From: Chloroflexota bacterium
GTDB taxonomy: Bacteria > Chloroflexota > Dehalococcoidia > Lucifugimonadales > UBA2985
Length of the DNA stretch: 64,000 nucleotides
Assembly (NCBI GenBank): GCA_028877205.1
Contig: JAPPHY010000011.1
Span: forward strand, 17,218-81,217
Direction: 5' to 3'
Shown here one piece after another: positions 36,537 to 44,603 of the stretch. The number at the start of each line of letters is the position of its first letter. The first letter of the stretch is position 1. The notes beneath the pieces were generated by a model that did no database searches, was not told the origin of the DNA, and worked only from the letters and a program-made list of their open reading frames with translations. Both the position numbers and the translations under genes were made by a program.

Positions 36537-36842
36537 ATGTTTGCGTACGACGAAATTGTGACCGTGCGAGACAGGGACGGCGTCGAGTACGGGCGTTGTC
36601 ACATGGTCGGCTGGGTGAACGTCAGCGACGACGGTACGGGCCGATGGCACGGCGAGCTCATGGGCATCGACGGGCGGTTCTTCGAGTTTGCGCTCGTGCA
36701 GGTGGAGAAGAAGGCGCTGCTCATTGAGTGCGAGGACGGTGCTACGGCGCGCATACTGCCGCCGACCATGATGGACGCTCAGAGCACGGGCACACGCTGC
36801 TTCTTCGAGGGCATCTGGCCGCCGCCGCGGCCGGTGGGCTAG
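36537..36842 (+). CDS. Hypothetical protein
   Basis: ATG at 36537 with GGAGA upstream. No recognisable motif. Its 3' end overlaps the convergent methyltransferase gene by 4 nt. Confidence 0.4.
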   Translation: MFAYDEIVTVRDRDGVEYGRCHMVGWVNVSDDGTGRWHGELMGIDGRFFEFALVQVEKKALLIECEDGATARILPPTMMDAQSTGTRCFFEGIWPPPRPVG

Positions 36843-38071
36843 CGCCTAGTCAGCACTACCAACTGCTCCGCCTTTATGCGCCGGTCCGGCGCGCCGGTGG
36901 CCGGGTTCACCCTGTACGAGAACAGGTTCTTGCTGACTATAGTGTCCACAAGCGTGGCCTCGTGCTGCCAGCCGAGCGCCTCAAAGTGCTCGACGAATAT
37001 GCGGTCGATGGGTATAGGCCGAGTGCGGATAGTGGCCGGCCCCACGAAAAGCAGTAGCTTCTCCGATATTCGCTCCTGCAGTTGCGTGAGTGTGCCCAGC
37101 ACACCGAAGAAGTAACGCCGGTACAGGCGCGCCATGTGCGGCTCCCGGATGGCCTCCAGGCACTCGTGGTACGTATCGGAGTGGATTGGAATCTCCGGCA
37201 CGTCCTGGTAGGGAAATTCCAGCTTGCTTAGCCTTCGCACCGCCTCCGCGGAGTGCCCCAGCCAGAACAGGTCCATCTTGGATGCGCGGATGTACTCCTG
37301 CGCCTGGAGGTAAGGCGGCGAGGTGATGAGCACGTCGTGGGCCGTTTCGGACGTCATGGCCAGGCCGTCTATGCCCGCACGCACGGCGGAGCGCACGGGC
37401 TTGGGGCCCAACGCGGCGTACTCCGCCTGCGCGGCCAGCACGAGCTCCACGCCTTCCCGCACTCGCCTGTAGAACTCGCCCTGCCAGTCTGCCTGCTCCA
37501 GCCTGTCTGCCCGCGCCCTGGCGACCTTTGACCGGGACAGCTTCTGTCGCTTCTCGTCGTCCAGGGAGAAGTAGCGCGTGGTCTTCATCAGGGGTATGAG
37601 CAGCGCCCGCCTGGTGTCCGGGTTGGTCAGGGAGTGGTAGAAACCCCACGCCTCCGCAATCATCGGGAGGAACGGCTCGGGGTACCAGTAGGCCACGTTG
37701 GGCCAGTCCGGTTCGAACGGTGTGCGGTGGGCGCGCATATCGTCGACCAAAGCGGCGGCGTCCACGTCCGCTGGGGACGCGATGGCGACATCGTGAAGCG
37801 GCTTCAGGAGCGGGTTGAGGTCCCACAGCTCGTAGTCGTGGCCTGCGATGCGAGCCACGGCCCCCGCTGTGCCGTAGCCGGCGAATGGGTCGATCACGCT
37901 CGTGCCCGGCGCGGCGTAGCGCTTCAGGGCGTAGGCGATGACCTGAGGGATGAATTTGGCCGGGTACTTGTAGAGGCCGAAAGTGGCGTAGGTGGTGGAT
38001 GGGATCTCCGGCACCAGGTCGCGGAAAACCACGGCAGTCTCCGTGGCCGTGGGGCGGTCTGAGTGGGCCAA
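36839..38071 (-). CDS. DNA (N6-adenine or N4-cytosine) methyltransferase with no adjacent restriction gene
   Basis: YKYPAKFIPQV, motif I VIDPFAGYGTAG (about residue 60), motif IV LITSPPYLQAQEY (about residue 240). Confidence 0.75.
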   Translation of the reverse strand: MAHSDRPTATETAVVFRDLVPEIPSTTYATFGLYKYPAKFIPQVIAYALKRYAAPGTSVIDPFAGYGTAGAVARIAGHDYELWDLNPLLKPLHDVAIASPADVDAAALVDDMRAHRTPFEPDWPNVAYWYPEPFLPMIAEAWGFYHSLTNPDTRRALLIPLMKTTRYFSLDDEKRQKLSRSKVARARADRLEQADWQGEFYRRVREGVELVLAAQAEYAALGPKPVRSAVRAGIDGLAMTSETAHDVLITSPPYLQAQEYIRASKMDLFWLGHSAEAVRRLSKLEFPYQDVPEIPIHSDTYHECLEAIREPHMARLYRRYFFGVLGTLTQLQERISEKLLLFVGPATIRTRPIPIDRIFVEHFEALGWQHEATLVDTIVSKNLFSYRVNPATGAPDRRIKAEQLVVLTRR

Positions 38072-38291
38072 GGGAGTCGGTATCGCGATGACATTCCTCT
38101 CGTAAGTGAGCGGTCTAGTGTCTTGCTGGAATCCTACAGGGTATCCAGCGGTTCTACCAAGTCGTGAGAGCTCGGCTTCGGCAGCATTTGACAGCCATAC
38201 GCGCCAAATCTAGAATGGGCGTGTCTGTGATTCGGTGCAGGCGTGGCGGACGGTTCCTAGTGGCGCATCGCGAGGGTAAGGAGGCAGCTTC

Positions 38292-38528
38292 ATGACTACC
38301 AAGGCGTACGTGCTCATAGAGACTGCGGTTGGCAAGACCAGGGACGTGCTGATGGAGCTCCGCTCGGTTCACGGCGTGAGGGAGGCTGACGCGGTCACGG
38401 GCGAGTACGACGTGGTGGCCGTGGTCGAGGCGGAGAGCCTGAACGCCATTGGTGACCTGGTCACGGGCAACATCCACACCATCGGCGGCATCCAGCGCAC
38501 CACAACCTACCTCTCAGTAAGCATGTAG
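38292..38528 (+). CDS. Stand-alone Lrp/AsnC ligand-binding (RAM) domain protein
   Basis: AYVLIETAVGKTRDVLMELRSVHGVREADAVTGEYDVVAVVEAES. Confidence 0.75.
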   Translation: MTTKAYVLIETAVGKTRDVLMELRSVHGVREADAVTGEYDVVAVVEAESLNAIGDLVTGNIHTIGGIQRTTTYLSVSM

Positions 38529-38626
38529 CGGGTGTCGAACCCGCGTCTGAGGTTCCACGAATGGCCCGCGCCGCAGACTGAGGCGCAGGTACGCGGTCAG
38601 TGTGGGCACGGGAGCAGCATTTCTCC

Positions 38627-38971
38627 ATGACCGATCAGTGCATCTTCTGCAGGATCGCGCGAGGCGACATCCCTAGCGATATGCTGGACCGCGACCACAC
38701 GGCATTCGTCATCAGGGACATCAACCCAAAGGCGTCCACACATCTGCTCGTGATCCCACTTGAGCACGTGACCCGCATCGCCGACTTCAAAGTGGACGGA
38801 GGCGGCCTGCTTGGGCACATGATGCTGATGGCGCGCGACGCCGCCCGGCGCGAGGGGATGGTCGAGTCCGGGTACAGGCTGGTCATCAACCAGGGACCGG
38901 ATTCCGGACAGGAGGTCGATCACCTGCACCTGCACGTACTCGGCGGCAACCGGCTGGGGGCGATGGGCTGA
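38627..38971 (+). CDS. HIT (histidine triad) family protein
   Basis: CIFCRIARGDIPS...NPKASTHLLVIP...QEVDHLHLHVLGG. Confidence 0.9.
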   Translation: MTDQCIFCRIARGDIPSDMLDRDHTAFVIRDINPKASTHLLVIPLEHVTRIADFKVDGGGLLGHMMLMARDAARREGMVESGYRLVINQGPDSGQEVDHLHLHVLGGNRLGAMG

Positions 38972-39025
38972 TGCCGGAGACGACTTTCGGCCGGCAACAG
39001 CCAGGCTCGACGAGGAGGCGGCGCG

Positions 39026-39328
39026 TTGCTTCGTGATCTGAGGATCGATGACGACGGCGTCCACATTGACTGGGACGACGGCCATTCAGGATTCTGGCCC
39101 CACCGCTACCTGCGCGGCCACTGCTGCTGTGCAGGCTGCGTGGAGGAGATGACAGGCCGCCGCAGGATCACGGAGGACGACGTGCGCGAGGACGTATTCG
39201 CGATCGAGTGGATGCCGATAGGCCGCTATGCCGTGCAGTTCCTCTGGAGCGACGCCCACGACTCCGGCATCTACCCGTTCGAGCTGCTGCGGCGCCTGTG
39301 CCGCTGCCAGGAATGCGTGCTAGGATAG
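39026..39328 (+). CDS. DUF971 (gamma-butyrobetaine hydroxylase-like N-terminal) domain protein
   Basis: VHIDWDDGHSGFWPHRYLRGHCCCAGC...YAVQFLWSDAHDSGIYPFELLR. TTG start with RBS GAGGAGG. Confidence 0.75.
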   Translation: MLRDLRIDDDGVHIDWDDGHSGFWPHRYLRGHCCCAGCVEEMTGRRRITEDDVREDVFAIEWMPIGRYAVQFLWSDAHDSGIYPFELLRRLCRCQECVLG

Positions 39329-39424
39329 CGCGGTCGGCGCGCAGGCGGCGTGTGGCGGGTTCGGGCTGCATCGTATAGAATGGCGTGGCGGGCCATCAGC
39401 CGCAGGCCCAAAGGGAGGTGCCCC

Positions 39425-40069
39425 ATGACCGCAAGTGATACAGGCGCAAAGCTTGTTCCCGTCACCGTCTGGTACGACTACATCTGACCCTGGTGCTACG
39501 TGGGACTGGCCAGGTTGGACCAGCTTGAACAGGACTTTCCGCTCGACGTAACGTACAAGAGCTTCTACCTCAGGCCGGACATGCCCCCGGAGGGCATCGT
39601 GCGACAGCCGCGGGAGGGCGAACAGGTTGGATCGCCGCTGACGGGCCACCTGGGCGAGGTGGCTGAGGAAGCCGGTCTGGTGATGCGCCGCGCGCCGCTC
39701 ACGCCCAACACCCGTCTGGCCTTTGAGGCCTCCGAGTTCGCAAAGGACGCGGGCCTCTTCGAGCCGTTCCACCGGGAGTGCTACCGCGCATTCTGGGAGG
39801 ACGGAGCGAACCTCGGAGAGTTGGCAGTGCTCCAGCAGATCGGCAAGCAGGTGGGCCTGGATCCGGCCGCGATGGAGGAACGCCTGGCCGCGGGTCACTA
39901 CACCCCTGCCGCGCAGTCGCAGTACGAGGAGGCCCTTTCGATCGGCGTGAGAGGCATTCCGTCCTTCATCATCGGGCGGTACTTCTTCTCCGGAGCCCAG
40001 CCCTACGACCTCTTCAAGAGGGTGGCTGACATGGCGCAGAAGGAGGAGGCCGGCGAGGGCGAAGGCTGA
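39425..40069 (+). CDS. DsbA/FrnE-family thiol:disulfide oxidoreductase, predicted selenoprotein (in-frame UGA at 39485-39487 giving a U-P-W-C redox motif)
   Basis: ATG at 39425 preceded by RBS AAGGGAGGTG. It reads MTASDTGAKLVPVTVWYDYI-TGA-PWCYVGLARLDQLE, in frame with the ORF-track ORF 39500..40069. The family normally has C-P-W-C-Y at this spot. C-terminal GIPSFIIG...GAQP. Confidence 0.6.
39506..39523 (+). promoter_or_regulatory. Candidate bacterial SECIS-like hairpin downstream of the UGA
   Basis: CTGGCC-AGGTT-GGACCAG: a 4+2 bp stem with one bulged A, and a G/U-containing apical loop 25-29 nt after the UGA. Hand fold only. Confidence 0.3.
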
Positions 40070-40118
40070 CGCAACGCGGCCCAACAGAACTTTGTAACAA
40101 GAATCACATGGAAACCTC

Positions 40119-40148
40119 TTGCGTAGGCGGAAGCGCTCGGTGTATCTT
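40119..40148 (+). promoter_or_regulatory. Putative sigma-70-type promoter of the orphan small transcription unit
   Basis: TTGCGT (40119-40124), 18 nt, TATCTT (40143-40148). Confidence 0.3.
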
Positions 40149-40160
40149 GTGGGTACGCTA

Positions 40161-40176
40161 AGAAAGGAGGTGATCC
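40161..40176 (+). promoter_or_regulatory. Extended Shine-Dalgarno: 16-nt perfect complement of the canonical 16S rRNA 3' tail
   Basis: AGAAAGGAGGTGATCC is the reverse complement of GGAUCACCUCCUUUCU. A TTG start follows 9 nt after GGAGG. The 14-codon ORF at 40180-40224 encodes MLSDKRAVSEVSVA. Confidence 0.5.
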
Positions 40177-40280
40177 ATATTGTTATCTGATAAACGGGCT
40201 GTTAGTGAGGTGTCTGTAGCGTAAACGGCACTGGACGCAAGCCGCTCCGGTATCCGTTTGCGGAATACCGGCAGGCACCG

Positions 40281-40351
40281 GACCCCGAAGCTCCCGGCTC
40301 AAGTCCACCGGGACAGTCTTCAGACTGAAGCGCTTCGGGGTCTTTCCTTTT
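40281..40351 (+). terminator. Compound intrinsic terminator (long-range stem enclosing two hairpins, then a U-tract)
   Basis: GACCCCGAAGC (40281-40291) pairs with GCTTCGGGGTC (40332-40342). Inner hairpins: CCCGG/CCGGG (40293-40312) and CAGTC-TTCA-GACTG (40314-40327). Followed by TTTCCTTTT. Confidence 0.55.
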
Positions 40352-40568
40352 GCGCGATTTCAGGCGTGCAACCGCCGCATCATGCCGAGGCGATCAGGCA
40401 GTGAAATTGGTCATCAGGTCAACACGGGCGCGGAACTCTCACTGGCCGGACACTGACCCTATCAGTGTCCACAAGAGTTGACGCCTACGTCAGAGCTAAT
40501 TCAAGTGGACAGGCAACGTGAAACTGTCCAAATCTGTGTCCAAATCCGGTCAGAGGGAAACGCTGAAG

Positions 40569-41717
40569 CTAGTCGAAGCTCTTCAGCTCTCGTACGGTAT
40601 CCGCGTCCAGCTTCCTTATCACCGCCTCAACCAGGTCCACGGTCCGGTCGAAATCCTCTCGACTGATGATGCCGTTATGACTGTGCAGATAGCGGGTGGG
40701 CACGGCGATGTTGATGGACGGCGCGCCCTTGTGCGTTCGCTGCATTTCCGCTCCGTCTTCGCCATAGCCGCTGAGCACGTCGAACTGCACCGGGATGTCG
40801 TTCTCGCGCGCCGTGTCCACGAACAGATCCCGCAGCTTCAGGCTGGGCAGCATCGACGAGTCGTGCAGGAAGATGGCGGGGCCGCTTCCCACCTTTTCCT
40901 GCGCTTCCTCCTGCGAGATGCCCGGGTAGTCGCTCGCAACACCGGACTCCAGGTTGATCCCTAGGTCCGGCTCCACCGCGAAGCTGCTGGTGTGGGCCCC
41001 CCTGAGGCCGACCTCCTCCTGCACGGTGGCGACGCCGTAGAGCGTGTTGGGCGGCGGCGACTCCCTGAGGCGGCGCATGACCTCGACGATGACGGCCAGG
41101 CCAACGCGGTCGTCCCACGCCTTCCCAAGGTATAGCGCGCCGCCGTTCAGTTGCGTGAACCGGCTGTCCGGAGCTATGGGGTCGCCGGGCCGGATGGCTA
41201 GTCTCTCCTCCGCGTCCTCCTTGCTGGATGCGCCCACGTCTATGAACATCTGCTCGCGCTTGAACAGCTGCCCGCGTGCCTCCGCCGTCATCACGTGGGG
41301 CGTCTTCACGCCGGTGACTCCCAGCACGGGGCCATTCCTGGTCATGATGACCCATCGCTGGTTGATCAGGGCCTGGTCCAGCCAGCCGCCCAGGGGGAGG
41401 AACATCACGTATCCTTCCTTGGTGATCAGCTTGACCATGAGGCCCACCTCGTCCATGTGGGCGGCCAGCATGACTCGCGGCGAGCCGCCATCCTCGCCCA
41501 GCCTCCCGATGAGCGAGCCGATTCCATCCGTATCCAGTCCGTCGCAGAGGCCGGACAGCTCGCGCTGCATGATGGCCCGTACCGGGCCCTCGAAACCGGA
41601 CGGGCCGTGGGCGTTGGTCAGCTCCTCCAGCAGAGATTCGACGTTGTCCATGGCTTGCACTCCTGGTAGCGTGGTAGGGCGTAGCGTACTCGCAAATGGC
41701 GCGGTGTCAAGCTCCAC
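40569..41717 (-). CDS. M42 family aminopeptidase (FrvX / glutamyl aminopeptidase-like)
   Basis: LTNAHGPSGFEGPVRAIM...LAAHMDEVGLMVK...ATVQEEVGLRGA. Confidence 0.88.
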   Translation of the reverse strand: MELDTAPFASTLRPTTLPGVQAMDNVESLLEELTNAHGPSGFEGPVRAIMQRELSGLCDGLDTDGIGSLIGRLGEDGGSPRVMLAAHMDEVGLMVKLITKEGYVMFLPLGGWLDQALINQRWVIMTRNGPVLGVTGVKTPHVMTAEARGQLFKREQMFIDVGASSKEDAEERLAIRPGDPIAPDSRFTQLNGGALYLGKAWDDRVGLAVIVEVMRRLRESPPPNTLYGVATVQEEVGLRGAHTSSFAVEPDLGINLESGVASDYPGISQEEAQEKVGSGPAIFLHDSSMLPSLKLRDLFVDTARENDIPVQFDVLSGYGEDGAEMQRTHKGAPSINIAVPTRYLHSHNGIISREDFDRTVDLVEAVIRKLDADTVRELKSFD

Positions 41718-41833
41718 GGCGTCTCGTGTCCCGCGCGCTGGCGGTAGCGGGATGGCGGCGCGCGGGGTATAATCCGCTTGTCGTTCGCACGTGGCAGCCT
41801 GACCGGGCTGCGGAGCGCGGCGGCGGAGACTTC

Positions 41834-44497
41834 ATGCAGCCAATTGAATTCGAGAAGTTCACCCTTTCGAACGGGCTGGACGTCATACTTCACCGGGACA
41901 ACGCCCTGCCCCTGGTGGCCGTCAACGTCTGGTACCACGTAGGCTCCAAGGACGAAACGCCGGGCAAGACGGGCTACGCCCACCTCTTCGAGCACCTCAT
42001 GTTCGAGGGCTCCAAGCACCACAACAGCGGCTACTTCGAGCCGCTGCAGGAAGTTGGCGCAACCCTCAACGGCTCCACCACGCCCGACAGGACCAACTAC
42101 TGGGAGACCCTGCCATCGCACTACCTGGAGCTGGCCCTCTGGCTGGAGTCGGACCGGATGGGCTTTCTCGTGGACGCCCTGGACCAGAGCAGGTTTGACA
42201 TCCAGCGGGACGTGGTGAAGAACGAGCGTCGCCAGAGCTACGAGAACCGGCCCTACGGCGTCTCCGGCATCCACCTGCAGGGCGCGGTCTATCCGCTGCC
42301 GCATCCCTACCACTGGCCCACCATCGGCTTCCACGAGGACCTGGACGTAGCAACCCTGGAGGACGCAATCGCCTTCTTCCGGCGGTTCTATACGCCATCC
42401 AACGCAAGCCTGGCCATCGCAGGGGACATTCGCCCGGAGCAGGCCGCCGAGCTGGCTGAGCGCTACTTCGGCGACATCCCCCCCGGCCCATCCCTGCCTC
42501 GAGCAACCCGCACCGACACTCCCCTGCAGGGCCGCGCGGATCTGACTCTCCATGACAAGGTCACGCTGCCTCGCTGGTCTATCGTGTGGCCCACAGTCCC
42601 GCGCTTCCACCCGGACGAGGCCTCACTCTCCGTGCTGGCCTCCCTGCTGGGCGACGGCAAGAGCTCGCGGCTGCACCGGTCGCTGGTCTACGAGCGGCAA
42701 ATCGCGCAGAGCGCGGCGGTACGCCACGGCCCCTCGGAGATCGCCGGCGACTTCCACCTGGACGTTACGGCGGCCGCCGGCCACACTGCGGAGGAGGTCG
42801 CGGAGACCGCCCTCACCGAGCTCAGGCGACTACAGGACGCGCCGCCTCTGCCGGAGGAGCTGGAGCGCGTCAGGAACCGCCTCGAGTGGCAGCAGGTGCG
42901 TCTGTCAGCCAACATCGGAGGGTTCGGCGGCAGGGCTAACCGCCTCAACTCCTACAACGTTTTCGCCGGAGACCCGGGACGCATGAACTCGGACATGGAG
43001 CGATTCCTGGCCGTGCAGCCGGAGGACGTACAGCGGGCTGCGAGGGCGTACCTGGGCGAGAGGCAGGTGCAGATGGTGGTCCTGCCGGAGCCGTCCCGGA
43101 GCCACGCAAGCGCCGGTATCGACCGCACGCATCGACCGTCCCCCGCTACTCCCGGCGCGTTCACTCCTCCCCTGCCGGAGCGCAGGCGACTGTCCAACGG
43201 CCTGGAGGTGCTGGTCGTCGAGAAGCGAGAGCTCCCGGCCGTGTCCTTTGCATTGGTGCTGAACAGCGGCGGCGCGAGCGATCCGGCCTCGCTGCCCGGA
43301 CTGGCGTCCTTTACCACCGCGATGCTGCAGGAGGGCACCGCCGGCCGCACGAGCAGCCGGATAGCCGACGAGATGGAGTTCATGGGCAGCCAGCTGGCCA
43401 CGATGACGGGACGGGAGACCACGACCCTGGCTTCCGAAACATTGACCCGCCACTTCCCCAAGGCGCTGGAGATAGCCGCCGACCTGGTGCAGAACGCGGC
43501 CTTCCCCGCGGAGGAGCTGGACCGAGTCCGCAGGGAGCGTCTCACATCGCTAAGGAGGATGCGGGACGACCCCACGGCCATGGCGGCCCGCCATGCGCCC
43601 GGTCTGATCCTGGGCAGGGAGAGCGCGTTCGGCCATCCCATCAGCGGGAACGAGGAGTCCGTCCAAGCGATCTCGCGCGACGACATGGCGGGCTTCTACC
43701 GGCGGGACTACGGACCGGGGGGATCGACCCTCGTGGTCGTGGGCGACGCCTCGCTCGATGAGGTTGCGGAGCTGGCGGAGCAGTGGTTCGGATCCTGGCA
43801 GGCTGCGTCCGGCAACGGAGCCGCCCATGCCGCGCAGGCAGACGGCGCCCCGCCGACACCCACCACGCTGTACCTGCTGGACAAGCCCGGCGCTGCGCAG
43901 TCCGTGATCCGGGTCGGGCTGACCAGCGTGCCGCGACGCCATCCAGACTACCCAGCGCTCGCTCTGCTGAACCACCTCTTCGGCGGCCAGTTCACCGCCA
44001 GGCTCAACATGAACCTGCGAGAGGACAAGGGGTACAGCTACGGCTATCGCTCCTGGTTCGAGTGGCACCGGGGCCTGTCGCTGTTCATGGTCGGCGGAGG
44101 CGTGCAGACCGCAGTCACGCGTGAGGCGGTGGAGGAGACCCTTCGAGAGCTCCGCGACCTGGTCGGCGAGCGGCCCGTGACGGAGGCGGAGTTCGAGTCG
44201 GCCAGGACGGCGATGCTGCGCCAGTTTCCCTCATCCTTCGAGACGTCGTGGCAGGTGCTGGAACAGCTCGTGCATGCGGTGTTCTTCAACCTGCCGGACG
44301 ACTACCACCGTACCCTTCCCGCCGCCATCGAGGCGGTGACGCTGGAGGACGTGAGGCGAGCGGCGGCTGAGCTGGTCGACAACGGCCGGCTGACGCTGCT
44401 GGTGGTCGGAGACCGCGAGACAATCGAGCCAGGCCTGCGAGACGTGGGCCTCCCCCTGCGCCTGCTGGACCAGGAAGGACTAGAGGTCCAGGAGTGA
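41834..44497 (+). CDS. Two-unit M16 (pitrilysin) family zinc peptidase
   Basis: ATG at 41834. YHVGSKDETPGKTGYAHLFEHLMFEGS (HxxEH). A second non-catalytic M16 half begins at about residue 470. Confidence 0.88.
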   Translation: MQPIEFEKFTLSNGLDVILHRDNALPLVAVNVWYHVGSKDETPGKTGYAHLFEHLMFEGSKHHNSGYFEPLQEVGATLNGSTTPDRTNYWETLPSHYLELALWLESDRMGFLVDALDQSRFDIQRDVVKNERRQSYENRPYGVSGIHLQGAVYPLPHPYHWPTIGFHEDLDVATLEDAIAFFRRFYTPSNASLAIAGDIRPEQAAELAERYFGDIPPGPSLPRATRTDTPLQGRADLTLHDKVTLPRWSIVWPTVPRFHPDEASLSVLASLLGDGKSSRLHRSLVYERQIAQSAAVRHGPSEIAGDFHLDVTAAAGHTAEEVAETALTELRRLQDAPPLPEELERVRNRLEWQQVRLSANIGGFGGRANRLNSYNVFAGDPGRMNSDMERFLAVQPEDVQRAARAYLGERQVQMVVLPEPSRSHASAGIDRTHRPSPATPGAFTPPLPERRRLSNGLEVLVVEKRELPAVSFALVLNSGGASDPASLPGLASFTTAMLQEGTAGRTSSRIADEMEFMGSQLATMTGRETTTLASETLTRHFPKALEIAADLVQNAAFPAEELDRVRRERLTSLRRMRDDPTAMAARHAPGLILGRESAFGHPISGNEESVQAISRDDMAGFYRRDYGPGGSTLVVVGDASLDEVAELAEQWFGSWQAASGNGAAHAAQADGAPPTPTTLYLLDKPGAAQSVIRVGLTSVPRRHPDYPALALLNHLFGGQFTARLNMNLREDKGYSYGYRSWFEWHRGLSLFMVGGGVQTAVTREAVEETLRELRDLVGERPVTEAEFESARTAMLRQFPSSFETSWQVLEQLVHAVFFNLPDDYHRTLPAAIEAVTLEDVRRAAAELVDNGRLTLLVVGDRETIEPGLRDVGLPLRLLDQEGLEVQE

Positions 44498-44603
44498 GCC
44501 TCCTGAACCAGCAGTCCGCATCCGTCTTGCCCCCGCTAGCCGGACGCTCAAGACTCCTCCGGTTTCACCTACGCTACATCCCTTCCCGCTCCGACGAGGC
44601 GTC

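Noticed and set aside
40161-40176. Possible 16S rRNA gene fragment on the minus strand, because the 16-mer equals the 16S 3' end
   Set aside because: The minus-strand sequence upstream of the match (…ACAGCCCGTTTATCAGATAACAATAT) bears no resemblance to the conserved 16S 3' domain. No rRNA-like sequence flanks it. I treat it as an extended SD/anti-SD complement instead.
40293-40327. tRNA-like / tRNA-Sec-like elements next to the putative selenoprotein gene (GGCTCAAGTCC resembles a T-loop; CAGTC-TTCA-GACTG contains UCA)
   Set aside because: The first hairpin would have a 10-nt loop and the second a 4-nt loop. No acceptor stem, D-arm or 7-nt anticodon loop can be drawn. The hairpins fit better as parts of a compound terminator.
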